DNA from: Candidatus Iainarchaeum sp.
GTDB taxonomy: Archaea > B1Sed10-29 > WALL01
Length of the DNA stretch: 36,339 nt
NCBI GenBank assembly: GCA_021162685.1
Contig: JAGGYF010000036.1
Span: 1 to 36,339, forward strand
Reading direction: 5' to 3'
In this document: positions 1-7,648 of the stretch, piece by piece
Position numbering within the stretch: position 1 is the stretch's first letter
Layout of the letters: the number at the start of each line of letters is the position of its first letter
Position numbers and translations under genes: made by a program
Notes under the pieces: generated by a model
What the model was told of the DNA's origin: nothing
Databases searched by the model: none
Seen by the model: the letters and a program-made list of their open reading frames with translations, nothing else

Positions 1-8
1 ATATAATT

Positions 9-599
9 GTGAGAGACGTTGTTTCAAGATTTGGGGCTGACTTTGAAACTGCGAAAAATCTTGCATATTATATGATAACAAATATTGGTACACCTTTTTC
101 TGAAAATAGTGTTGCAAGAGCACTAAGTTTGCATAACGAAACAGTTAAGAAGTATCTAAGATTTTTTGAAGAAGTTTTTTTGTTTTATTATGTTAGACAA
201 TTCTCTTGGAAAATAAAAACACAGCTGAAAAAAGATATGAAATGTTATGCAATAGACACTGGCTTAAGAAATGCTGTCTCGTTCAAATTCTCTGAAGATC
301 TCGGGAAATTGGCAGAAAATACAGTATTGATTGAACTGAAAAGAAGAGGCAAAGATGTTTATTTTTGGAAAGGAAAGAAAGAGGTAGATTTTGTAGTAAG
401 GGATAGAAAAGACTTGATTGCAATAAACGTGAGTTATGCAGATGAAATTCCAAAAAGGGAGATAGATGGATTATTGGAATTTAAGAAAAGGTATGGAAAG
501 AGTAAGTTAATAGTGATTACAAAGGATTTTGAGAAGAGGGATAAAAAGATAAAGTATGTTCCATTGTGGAAATGGCTGCTTCACTTGAGCGAGTTCTGA
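9..599 (+). CDS. AAA+ ATPase / DUF4143 family protein, C-terminal part (5' end lies outside the window)
   Basis: KCYAIDTGL...GKLAENTV...FWKGKKEVDFVV...AINVSY motifs typical of DUF4143 ATP-binding proteins; the frame is open to the window edge. Confidence 0.85.
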   Translation: MRDVVSRFGADFETAKNLAYYMITNIGTPFSENSVARALSLHNETVKKYLRFFEEVFLFYYVRQFSWKIKTQLKKDMKCYAIDTGLRNAVSFKFSEDLGKLAENTVLIELKRRGKDVYFWKGKKEVDFVVRDRKDLIAINVSYADEIPKREIDGLLEFKKRYGKSKLIVITKDFEKRDKKIKYVPLWKWLLHLSEF

Positions 600-603
600 T
601 AAA

Positions 604-622
604 TCAAATCCCGGCGGGAGCA
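604..622 (+). repeat. Isolated tRNA 3'-end fragment (tRNA-Glu-like), probable att-type repeat
   Basis: TCAAATCCCGGCGGGAGCA reads as T-loop/T-stem plus acceptor 3' strand and discriminator; no 5' half precedes it. Confidence 0.65.
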
Positions 623-656
623 TTCATTTAAATAATGGCTATGTAAATAGTAGTGT

Positions 657-1487
657 ATGATAAAACCGTGGCTTCAACTTATACGGCCCTATAATGGGAT
701 AATGACTGCTATTGCTGTTGCAATAGGTTTTTTTGTCTCAAGCAGAACGATAAATGGATCAATGCTCATAGCAATGCTTTCTGCTTTTCTTATAATGAGT
801 GCGGGGATGATAATCAATGATTATTTTGACCTCCCAATAGACAAAAAAAGTAAACCGTGGAGGCCACTACCATCAAGAAAGATAAAAAAAGACGATGCCC
901 TTCTTGTTTCCATACTTCTGTTCTTAGGTGGGATCTTTTTATCCACTATGCTCAACAGAATTGCATTGTACATCGCTATAATCGCGTCTATATTTTTGTT
1001 GCTTTATGCAGCATCACTATCAAAAAAGGTGTTTATTGGGAACATGGTTGTTGCGTTCAATACTGCATTGACATTTATATTTGGGGAAGCAGCAGCAACC
1101 AATCAAATATTCTCAAAAGAACTTGGTGTGCTTTTCTTGCTTTCGTTTCTCTCAACAATTGCAAGAGAGATATACATGGACATCAGAGACATGAAAGAGG
1201 ATAGGAAGGTAAGGAGAACAGTACCAATAGAAATTGGCATGAAAAAGGCAGCATATATTGCATCGTTTTTTGTTCTGCTTTCTATCATTGCAAGCCCTCT
1301 CCCATTCATCGTAGGGTGCTTTGGTATATCATACCTTCTGATTGTAGGCATCGCAGATCTCTACTTTATCGTGATTATTGTAAAAGGGTTGAGGAACAAA
1401 AGGGCGAAGGCATTTGATTTTCAGGGAAAACACATGAAGATCGCACAGTTTATCGCGCTACTTGCTTTCATCATAGGTGCATTGTGA
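657..1487 (+). CDS. UbiA-family prenyltransferase, likely digeranylgeranylglyceryl phosphate synthase
   Basis: NDYFDLPID...RPLPS and REIYMDIRDMKED Asp-rich motifs, multi-TM protein. Confidence 0.85.
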   Translation: MIKPWLQLIRPYNGIMTAIAVAIGFFVSSRTINGSMLIAMLSAFLIMSAGMIINDYFDLPIDKKSKPWRPLPSRKIKKDDALLVSILLFLGGIFLSTMLNRIALYIAIIASIFLLLYAASLSKKVFIGNMVVAFNTALTFIFGEAAATNQIFSKELGVLFLLSFLSTIAREIYMDIRDMKEDRKVRRTVPIEIGMKKAAYIASFFVLLSIIASPLPFIVGCFGISYLLIVGIADLYFIVIIVKGLRNKRAKAFDFQGKHMKIAQFIALLAFIIGAL

Positions 1488-1553
1488 ACAAATGTTCAAT
1501 TTAGAGGATAACATTTAAAAAGATGTCCACATACAATCCTTTTGGGTGGGTCT

Positions 1554-2003
1554 ATGACATCATATATAGACAGTGTGGATATTGCCATACTGCGCGTGCT
1601 TCTGAAAAACGCGAGGGCATCATTTAGAGAGATCGCATCAGAGGTTGGGATTGCTGTTGGTACAGTGCAGAATAGAGTAAGGAAAATGGAAAAGATGGGA
1701 GTACTACAAGGTTTTGAACCAATAATTGATTATAGCAAACTTGGATATGATGTTGATGCGATTATTGCACTGAAGATTAAGAGGGACAAGATAGAAAACA
1801 TAAGAAGAATGTTCAGAGAGACCCCGAATGTGATGAGCATGTATGAGGTCACTGGTGATGTTGATGTTTTTCTAAGGGTCAAGTTCAAGAGTTCATCAGA
1901 ACTAGCAGAATTTCTTATAAACAAGTTAAGCGAAGAATATGTTAAAAGCAGTGTAACATACACAGTATTGAGAAGGATGTCTAAGAAGGATTTGATACGA
2001 TGA
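1554..2003 (+). CDS. Lrp/AsnC family transcriptional regulator
   Basis: N-terminal HTH (NARASFREIA...TVQNRV), YEVTGDVD motif; start chosen at ATG 1554 after GGGTGG. Confidence 0.9.
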   Translation: MTSYIDSVDIAILRVLLKNARASFREIASEVGIAVGTVQNRVRKMEKMGVLQGFEPIIDYSKLGYDVDAIIALKIKRDKIENIRRMFRETPNVMSMYEVTGDVDVFLRVKFKSSSELAEFLINKLSEEYVKSSVTYTVLRRMSKKDLIR

Positions 2004-3439
2004 TATTAAAGGATGATATCTTTGTCATACTAAGGGATACAGGAGAAGTTATGAAATGGTTTTCTGTAGCATTTTCTGTACCATTGCTGTATTCCGTACT
2101 ATTTGAACAAAATATCGGAATCATCTTTTCCTTCCTTGTTTCTATGATGCTGTGTTTTATCATTGGGTTTCTATTATACAGAACATTTAAAGTAAAAAGA
2201 GAGACCAGGAGAATGCATGCACTAGTCTCAGTATTCCTTGTTTGGGTTCTGATCTGTGTTGTATCTGCACTTCCCTTGTATCTCGGTGCTGGAAAGGGAT
2301 TTATTGACTCACTATTTGCAAGCACTGCATCAATAACAACAACAGGATTCAATATATTCACAGAGCAAGAAATGATTGCGCTCCCCCACTCAATAATCCT
2401 ATGGCTCAATTTTCTTTCATGGATAGGTGGTGCAGGTATAGTAATGGTTGCAATGGTAGGATTGCTAACAGCATTTGCAGAAGCAGGAAAACTATATGGT
2501 GCAGAGGGTAGGGCAGAGCGATTAAGACCTCATATAGTAAACACAACAAAACTTATATGGATGATATACGGTGCCCTAACGCTCATCGGTGTAATTTTGT
2601 TGTTGTTCTCTGGCATGAACCTTTTTGATGCAGTCAATTATTCTATGAGTGCGCTCTCAACAACTGGGTTTGGAACACATACAGATGCGTCAAGAGTCAT
2701 AAATCCATTCATTGAAATGACCCTCATGTTTCTGAGTATAATGGGAGCAATAAGCTTTGTTGCACACTATCATGTAATCTCAAAAGATAAATTAGCATAT
2801 TTCAAAGACAAACAGGTGCTTATGCTTCTAACACTTATAATTATAGGTACTGCACTGATTATCCCAAAACTTGTTGCCTATTATGGAACTAACGCCATAC
2901 GAATCGCACTATTCCATGTAGTAAATGCAGTGACATGTGGCGGATTTGAATATGTAGATATGAGTGCATGGATTGGAAACCTTGATTTCGTGCTATGGGT
3001 ATTCATAGGATTAATGTTCATTGGGGGTTCATCTGGTTCAACAACAGGAGGAATAAAGATTATCAGATTTATTGTTCTTCTCAAATCTGTATACTGGAAG
3101 ATAAAGCGGTTTATCTTACCAGAACATGCGGTATTTACAAAGGTTGTTGATGGCAGAAAGATAAAGGATAGCGACATAAACACAACGCTTTTCTTCACAT
3201 TTCTCTATGCACTATTCATATTCATTGGTGCAATGGTTCTAATGTCGTGTGGATACACAGCAACAGCAAGCTTCTTTGAGGTTGTGTCTGCGCAAAGCAA
3301 TGTTGGATTCACTGTTGGTATCATGAGTACATCTTCACCAGTGGTCGTAAAACTCATGCTTATCATAAACATGATCGTTGGAAGGTTAGAGATATTTCCA
3401 ATATTAGCATTTGCTGGTACTCTTCTGAAGATACGATAA
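2000..3439 (+). CDS. trkH: TrkH potassium uptake membrane subunit
   Basis: Pore-loop motifs TTTGF, STTGF, TCGGF, SNVGF; GGSSGSTTGGIK; GRLEI. Confidence 0.95.
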   Translation: MILKDDIFVILRDTGEVMKWFSVAFSVPLLYSVLFEQNIGIIFSFLVSMMLCFIIGFLLYRTFKVKRETRRMHALVSVFLVWVLICVVSALPLYLGAGKGFIDSLFASTASITTTGFNIFTEQEMIALPHSIILWLNFLSWIGGAGIVMVAMVGLLTAFAEAGKLYGAEGRAERLRPHIVNTTKLIWMIYGALTLIGVILLLFSGMNLFDAVNYSMSALSTTGFGTHTDASRVINPFIEMTLMFLSIMGAISFVAHYHVISKDKLAYFKDKQVLMLLTLIIIGTALIIPKLVAYYGTNAIRIALFHVVNAVTCGGFEYVDMSAWIGNLDFVLWVFIGLMFIGGSSGSTTGGIKIIRFIVLLKSVYWKIKRFILPEHAVFTKVVDGRKIKDSDINTTLFFTFLYALFIFIGAMVLMSCGYTATASFFEVVSAQSNVGFTVGIMSTSSPVVVKLMLIINMIVGRLEIFPILAFAGTLLKIR

Positions 3440-3479
3440 TAATATAAATTATCATGAGGTATGAATAGTTGGTGGGAGA

Positions 3480-4136
3480 ATGTACATTATAATTGTTGGA
3501 GCAGGGAGACTTGGTTATCACCTAGCAAAGACGCTTCTTGAAGAAGACCACGATGTTGTTATTGTTGACAAAAACGCAGATGTGTGTGCTGATTTATCTT
3601 CAGAGTTAGAATGTGTTGTTGTGCATGGTGATGGGACAAAGCCCCAGATATTGGAAGAAGCAGGTATTGCAGATGCAGATGCAGTTGTTGCACTCACAGG
3701 CCAGGACGAAACAAATCTTATTGTATGCTTGATGGGAAAACAGATGGGTGCTAAAACAGTTGCTGCTAGGCTTAGCCAGGTACACTATGATGAACAAATC
3801 CTGCAAAAACTCGGTTTGGACCTTGCCATCTACCCAGAGGCAGCCGCTGCTGGATATATCGCTGAACTCCTAACAAAGCCGAGGGTTTTGGATCTGGCAT
3901 TTATCGCAAGAGGAGACGCTGAGATAATAGAGGTTGAAGCATCACCTGACTCTTCTATTACTGGAAAACTGGTCAAAGACATAAAACTTCCAAGTGGTAC
4001 AGCAATTATTGCATTGTACAGAGGAAGCAACCTAATTATACCAGATGAAAGAACAGAGATAGGTTCCGGAGATAAGGTATTGGTATTAGCAAAAACAGAA
4101 AAGGTTGATGAATTGAAAAAACTGTTGGGGTTATAG
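3480..4136 (+). CDS. trkA: TrkA potassium uptake NAD-binding subunit
   Basis: IIVGAGRLG Rossmann motif, RCK-N plus RCK-C, adjacent to trkH. Confidence 0.95.
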   Translation: MYIIIVGAGRLGYHLAKTLLEEDHDVVIVDKNADVCADLSSELECVVVHGDGTKPQILEEAGIADADAVVALTGQDETNLIVCLMGKQMGAKTVAARLSQVHYDEQILQKLGLDLAIYPEAAAAGYIAELLTKPRVLDLAFIARGDAEIIEVEASPDSSITGKLVKDIKLPSGTAIIALYRGSNLIIPDERTEIGSGDKVLVLAKTEKVDELKKLLGL

Positions 4137-4137
4137 C

Positions 4138-4587
4138 ATGGACAAAATAGAATTCTTTGCTCAGGTTGGAAAATGGGTTGCAGTTAAGAAGATGAAAATT
4201 GATGAACACGTACAACCCATTGAAGTATGTAGGTTTTTGGTTTCAGTACATGAAACACTTGACAGAAAGATATGGGAATTCCTCTCGGATGATTTTGACC
4301 TGAAAGCATTGGAAAAGATCGCCGCAGATATCTGTGGTGCTGAGCTTACAAAAAAAGGTTGGCAGATAAAAGGCAGACTTTCTGAGGAGAAAATAAATCA
4401 GATATTGGCAAAACTGAAATCTCCAACTACATCAAAAGCGATCAACCAGATTGTAAAAAGTAAGAGGGGAAAAGAAATCGCCAAAACGTTTGTCACAAGA
4501 AAGGTACTAGAGATTCTTGGTTACCCAATAGAGCTGGAATCAAAACAAGTGGAGAAATACATAGATGAAAAACGATTGCAGGAATAA
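4138..4587 (+). CDS. Conserved archaeal hypothetical protein, DUF2666-like
   Basis: N-terminus IEFFAQVGKWVAVKKMKIDE resembles DUF2666 (from memory, not searched). Confidence 0.6.
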   Translation: MDKIEFFAQVGKWVAVKKMKIDEHVQPIEVCRFLVSVHETLDRKIWEFLSDDFDLKALEKIAADICGAELTKKGWQIKGRLSEEKINQILAKLKSPTTSKAINQIVKSKRGKEIAKTFVTRKVLEILGYPIELESKQVEKYIDEKRLQE

Positions 4588-4590
4588 TAT

Positions 4591-4598
4591 TTTTATAC
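4591..4598 (+). promoter_or_regulatory. Probable TATA box of the tRNA-Pro/tRNA-Leu transcript
   Basis: TTTTATAC about 30 bp upstream of the first (truncated) tRNA-Pro 5' end. Confidence 0.55.
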
Positions 4599-4613
4599 AC
4601 GGAGATGAATAAA

Positions 4614-4738
4614 CTTCCAGCAAATAGTGGGGCTGTGGGGTAGCTGTGCAGCGTCCCTAGGGGAAACCTCTGCGGGTTTCCCCTGGCTACCCTGGGAAGC
4701 CCACCCCTTCCAGCAAACAATGGGGCTGTGGGGTAGCT
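4614..4738. mobile_element. 61-nt hairpin element (4646-4706) flanked by 32-bp direct repeats that include tRNA-Pro nt 1-17
   Basis: 4614-4645 vs 4707-4738 differ at 2 positions; the insert is homologous to 22490-22551. Confidence 0.85.
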
Positions 4739-4794
4739 TGGTATCCTGCGGGCTTTGGGAGCCTGTGACCTGAGTTCAAATCTCAGCAGCCCCA
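4722..4794 (+). tRNA. tRNA-Pro(TGG)
   Basis: GGGGCTG/CAGCCCC acceptor, CGGGC-TTTGGGA-GCCTG anticodon arm, TTCAAAT T-loop. Confidence 0.97.
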
Positions 4795-4830
4795 TTACTT
4801 AACAGCGTAGTTTTGTTGAGGAGCACCAAT

Positions 4831-4916
4831 GCAGGGGTTCCAGAGCCTGGTCAAATGGGCAGGACTTAAGATCCTGTGGCTTAGTGCCTACGAGGGTTCG
4901 AATCCCTCCCCCTGCA
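4831..4916 (+). tRNA. tRNA-Leu(TAA)
   Basis: GCAGGGG/CCCCTGC acceptor, CAGGA-CTTAAGA-TCCTG anticodon arm, long variable arm. Confidence 0.97.
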
Positions 4917-5242
4917 CTGACCAAATTACATATGGTCGTTCGTAGTGTGGCATAAAGCCACACTATTAGAAATCATTGAAAGGAAGGGGTGTGGAATCCG
5001 AGGGTACGCAAAGCGAAGCAAGGGAGTATATCCCCATAGTATGCTCTGCGCTTCGCATTGCGCAGGGGGAACCTGGGTTCCCCATAAAGGACGCTCTGAC
5101 CAAATTACATATGGTCGTTCGTAGCGTGGCAGCCTTTTTCCGCTTCAGGCGGAAAAAGCCTGGGGAAAGTATAATCATGTTCGCCCTGCCGGCGAACAAG
5201 GACGCCTTCGGCGTTTTATGCTTACAAAATCACACCATTAGA
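4917..5242. repeat. Composite of small hairpin elements directly after tRNA-Leu: 36-bp direct repeat (4917-4952, 5096-5131), inverted long copy of the tRNA-Pro element (4982-5095), second element (5130-5242)
   Basis: Repeat copies are 35/36 identical; 5130-5213 nearly identical to 36189-36271; many GC-rich stem-loops. Confidence 0.85.
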
Positions 5243-5306
5243 GGAGGGGGCTGCCTCCTAGTGATATCTTTCAGATTCCCGTATATCCTAGTTGAATGGT
5301 GATTTA

Positions 5307-5729
5307 ATGAAACAATATCCAGAAGTCACAGTTGGCGCGCTCATAGTAGACGAGAATGGTGAGATCCTACTCATACGCTCTCACAAATGGAGCAATAAAT
5401 ACGTGGTCCCTGGGGGCCACATAGAAATCGGTGAGACAATAGAAGAAACACTGAAAAGAGAGGTAAAAGAGGAGACAAACCTTGACATAGAGGTTGGGGA
5501 ATTCCTTGGTGTGCAGGAGAGCATATTTGATGAAACGTTTTGGAAGAAGGAAAGACATTTCATCTTTTTAGATTTTGTTTGCAGATTAAAACGAAAAAAT
5601 GAAATAAAACTAAACTATGAAGCACAGGAGTATATATGGATCAAACCAGAAAAAGCTCTTGAAATAGATGTAGAACCATACACAAAAAAAGCTATTGAGA
5701 GATATATAGAGGTAAGGGATAGAAAATGA
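5307..5729 (+). CDS. Nudix hydrolase
   Basis: Nudix box GGHIEIGETIEETLKREVKEETNL; start at ATG 5307 after GGTGA. Confidence 0.92.
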   Translation: MKQYPEVTVGALIVDENGEILLIRSHKWSNKYVVPGGHIEIGETIEETLKREVKEETNLDIEVGEFLGVQESIFDETFWKKERHFIFLDFVCRLKRKNEIKLNYEAQEYIWIKPEKALEIDVEPYTKKAIERYIEVRDRK

Positions 5730-6178
5730 GGGTTCTTCTGGTATATCATTCCCAGACAGGAAACACAAAAAGAATTGCAGAAGCTATTGCTAGTGGCATA
5801 GGAAAGGAATGCGTTGTTAAAAAAGTTAGTGAAGTAAAACCTGGTGACATAAAGAGATTTGATGTCATCGGATTTGGTACTGGTGTATACTTTGGAAAAC
5901 CTGGGAGGAGCATCGTTGAGTTCATAGAGAGATTACCGAAAGCTAAGAAAAGGGTCTTTGTGTTCGCTACATATGGCATAGGCTTCTTCGGAAAAAAAGC
6001 TATCAAAACACTTGAAACAAAACTTGAAGCAAAAGGTTTTACTGTTGGAAAGGCATTTGGATGTCTTGGTTTTGATAATTGGGGATTACTGAAAATAGTT
6101 GGTGGGATAAATAAAGGCAAACCAAATGAAGAAGACATAAAAAGAGCACATGAATTTGGGAAAGCATTACTGCCATAA
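5726..6178 (+). CDS. Flavodoxin family protein
   Basis: YHSQTGNTKRIAEAIA FMN-binding loop. Confidence 0.92.
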   Translation: MRVLLVYHSQTGNTKRIAEAIASGIGKECVVKKVSEVKPGDIKRFDVIGFGTGVYFGKPGRSIVEFIERLPKAKKRVFVFATYGIGFFGKKAIKTLETKLEAKGFTVGKAFGCLGFDNWGLLKIVGGINKGKPNEEDIKRAHEFGKALLP

Positions 6179-6565
6179 CTCCTTTATCTTTCCCTGTATA
6201 TGCTGCTCTATACCAAATGTTTTGTCTGTGTTTGCTACCATAACCAATGCTGGCCATGGAACCCCCAAATCCCATGCAGCCCTCAATCTTCTGTGACCAT
6301 CTATAAGTATATCCTTGCCATCCTTTCTCAGAATAATCACAGGGGTGTTATAACCAAACTTCAATGCCTTTTTTATCTTGACAACAATCTCATCCTCTGT
6401 TATAATCTCCTGCTCACCTGGAAATGTGTAGTATATCTCTCCAATCTTCTTCCTGTCAAGCATCTCTTCCTTTTTTTCAAATGTTATATCAGGATATATC
6501 TTCTCATAGTATCTCAAAAGCTTATTGAAGAGCTCCCTTTCCTCATATGGCTGGATAAGTGGCAT
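6167..6565 (-). CDS. ParB/sulfiredoxin N-terminal domain protein
   Basis: PVII...ILIDGHRRLRAA motif; start at 6565 after GGTGAG. Confidence 0.8.
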   Translation of the reverse strand: MPLIQPYEERELFNKLLRYYEKIYPDITFEKKEEMLDRKKIGEIYYTFPGEQEIITEDEIVVKIKKALKFGYNTPVIILRKDGKDILIDGHRRLRAAWDLGVPWPALVMVANTDKTFGIEQHIQGKIKELWQ

Positions 6566-6655
6566 GTACTCACCAGAAAAATAAATGCATATCTCCCTTA
6601 TAAGGATTGAGGCAAACATATATAAATAGCATTGCATTCAATTTTTTTGATTGAA

Positions 6656-6940
6656 ATGCCAAGTGAGGAAGAGGAAATCATCCAGCTTATCGCCCAGGAA
6701 CTTATGTCTGGGAAGAGCATAGATACTGTTGCTGGTGAATTGATACAAGCTGGTCTTCCCAGAGACGAAGCATACACTGTTGTAAATGCTGTTGCACAAC
6801 AATTGGCTGCTAGAGGTCGCGGAAGAGCGCCACCAAGAGGCGGGTATGCACCACCACCAAGAAGGCATGGCAGCATGCTAACATATTTGGTCATGATTGT
6901 GGCAATTCTAATTCTATTATACGTTATCATGTACAAGTGA
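6656..6940 (+). CDS. Hypothetical protein with C-terminal membrane anchor
   Basis: Helical N-terminus, RG/P-rich linker, hydrophobic C-terminus; start at ATG 6656. Confidence 0.7.
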   Translation: MPSEEEEIIQLIAQELMSGKSIDTVAGELIQAGLPRDEAYTVVNAVAQQLAARGRGRAPPRGGYAPPPRRHGSMLTYLVMIVAILILLYVIMYK

Positions 6941-6993
6941 TTTGAACAGACATAGTAACCAATTTATTTAATGCTGGCTAAAAACAATGCTGT

Positions 6994-7066
6994 GCCTCAG
7001 TGGCTCAGCCGGTAGAGCGCCACCTTGGTAAGGTGGAGGTCGAGGGTTCGAATCCCTCCTGAGGCT
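6994..7066 (+). tRNA. tRNA-Thr(GGT)
   Basis: GCCTCAG/CTGAGGC acceptor, CCACC-TTGGTAA-GGTGG anticodon arm. Confidence 0.97.
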
Positions 7067-7223
7067 TAGGGAGGCCTTGTGCCTCCCGTTTGTGGATTTA
7101 GGTTTTGATGAAACTTCACATTACACAACATCAGAAATACAGATGGTTTTATACCTCTCGTTGTATGATGTGCGTGAAAAGTTTCTTCGGATTCCGCCGA
7201 GGCTTTTCCAAGGGAGATTTGCT

Positions 7224-7613
7224 ATGAAAAAGTTTCTTGACAAAAACAATATAATAGCAGTTGTTGGTGCATCGCCCAACAAAGAGAAGTGGGGCTGGAA
7301 GATATTCACAAAACTACGGGAATCCGGATTTAAGGTATATCCAGTAAACCCAAAACATGAAAAGATTGATAATGCTAGGTGTTACCCAGACCTAAAATCG
7401 TTGCCTAAAAAACCAGATGTTGTTATAACCATTGTCCCACCACATATTACTGAGAAGGTTGTTGAACAGTGCAAAAAACTAGGCATAGAAATGGTGTGGA
7501 TGCAACCTGGCTCTGAATCAGAAGAAGCCATAAAATTTTGTAGAGAGAACGGTATTGAAGTAGTATATAATGCATGCTTTGTTGTTGATGGATTGAAAGA
7601 TATCTTCCAATAG
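7224..7613 (+). CDS. CoA-binding protein (YccU-like)
   Basis: IAVVGAS, VYPVNPK and VWMQPG motifs; start at ATG 7224 after GGGAG. Confidence 0.92.
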   Translation: MKKFLDKNNIIAVVGASPNKEKWGWKIFTKLRESGFKVYPVNPKHEKIDNARCYPDLKSLPKKPDVVITIVPPHITEKVVEQCKKLGIEMVWMQPGSESEEAIKFCRENGIEVVYNACFVVDGLKDIFQ

Positions 7614-7648
7614 AAACCTTTTTAATGCCTTCTTGTCTATTTAGATAT

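Noticed and set aside
4629-4706. Split-tRNA 5' half (also 22473-22551)
   Set aside because: An intact tRNA follows immediately, leader DNA is duplicated too, and no BHB-forming partner is visible.
4917-5131. CRISPR mini-array (36-bp repeat)
   Set aside because: Only two copies, a 143-bp interval made of other repeats, and no cas genes or leader.
4493-5302. ORFs 4493-4795, 4966-5199 and 4976-5302
   Set aside because: They overlap tRNAs and GC-rich hairpin repeats and have no protein-like features.
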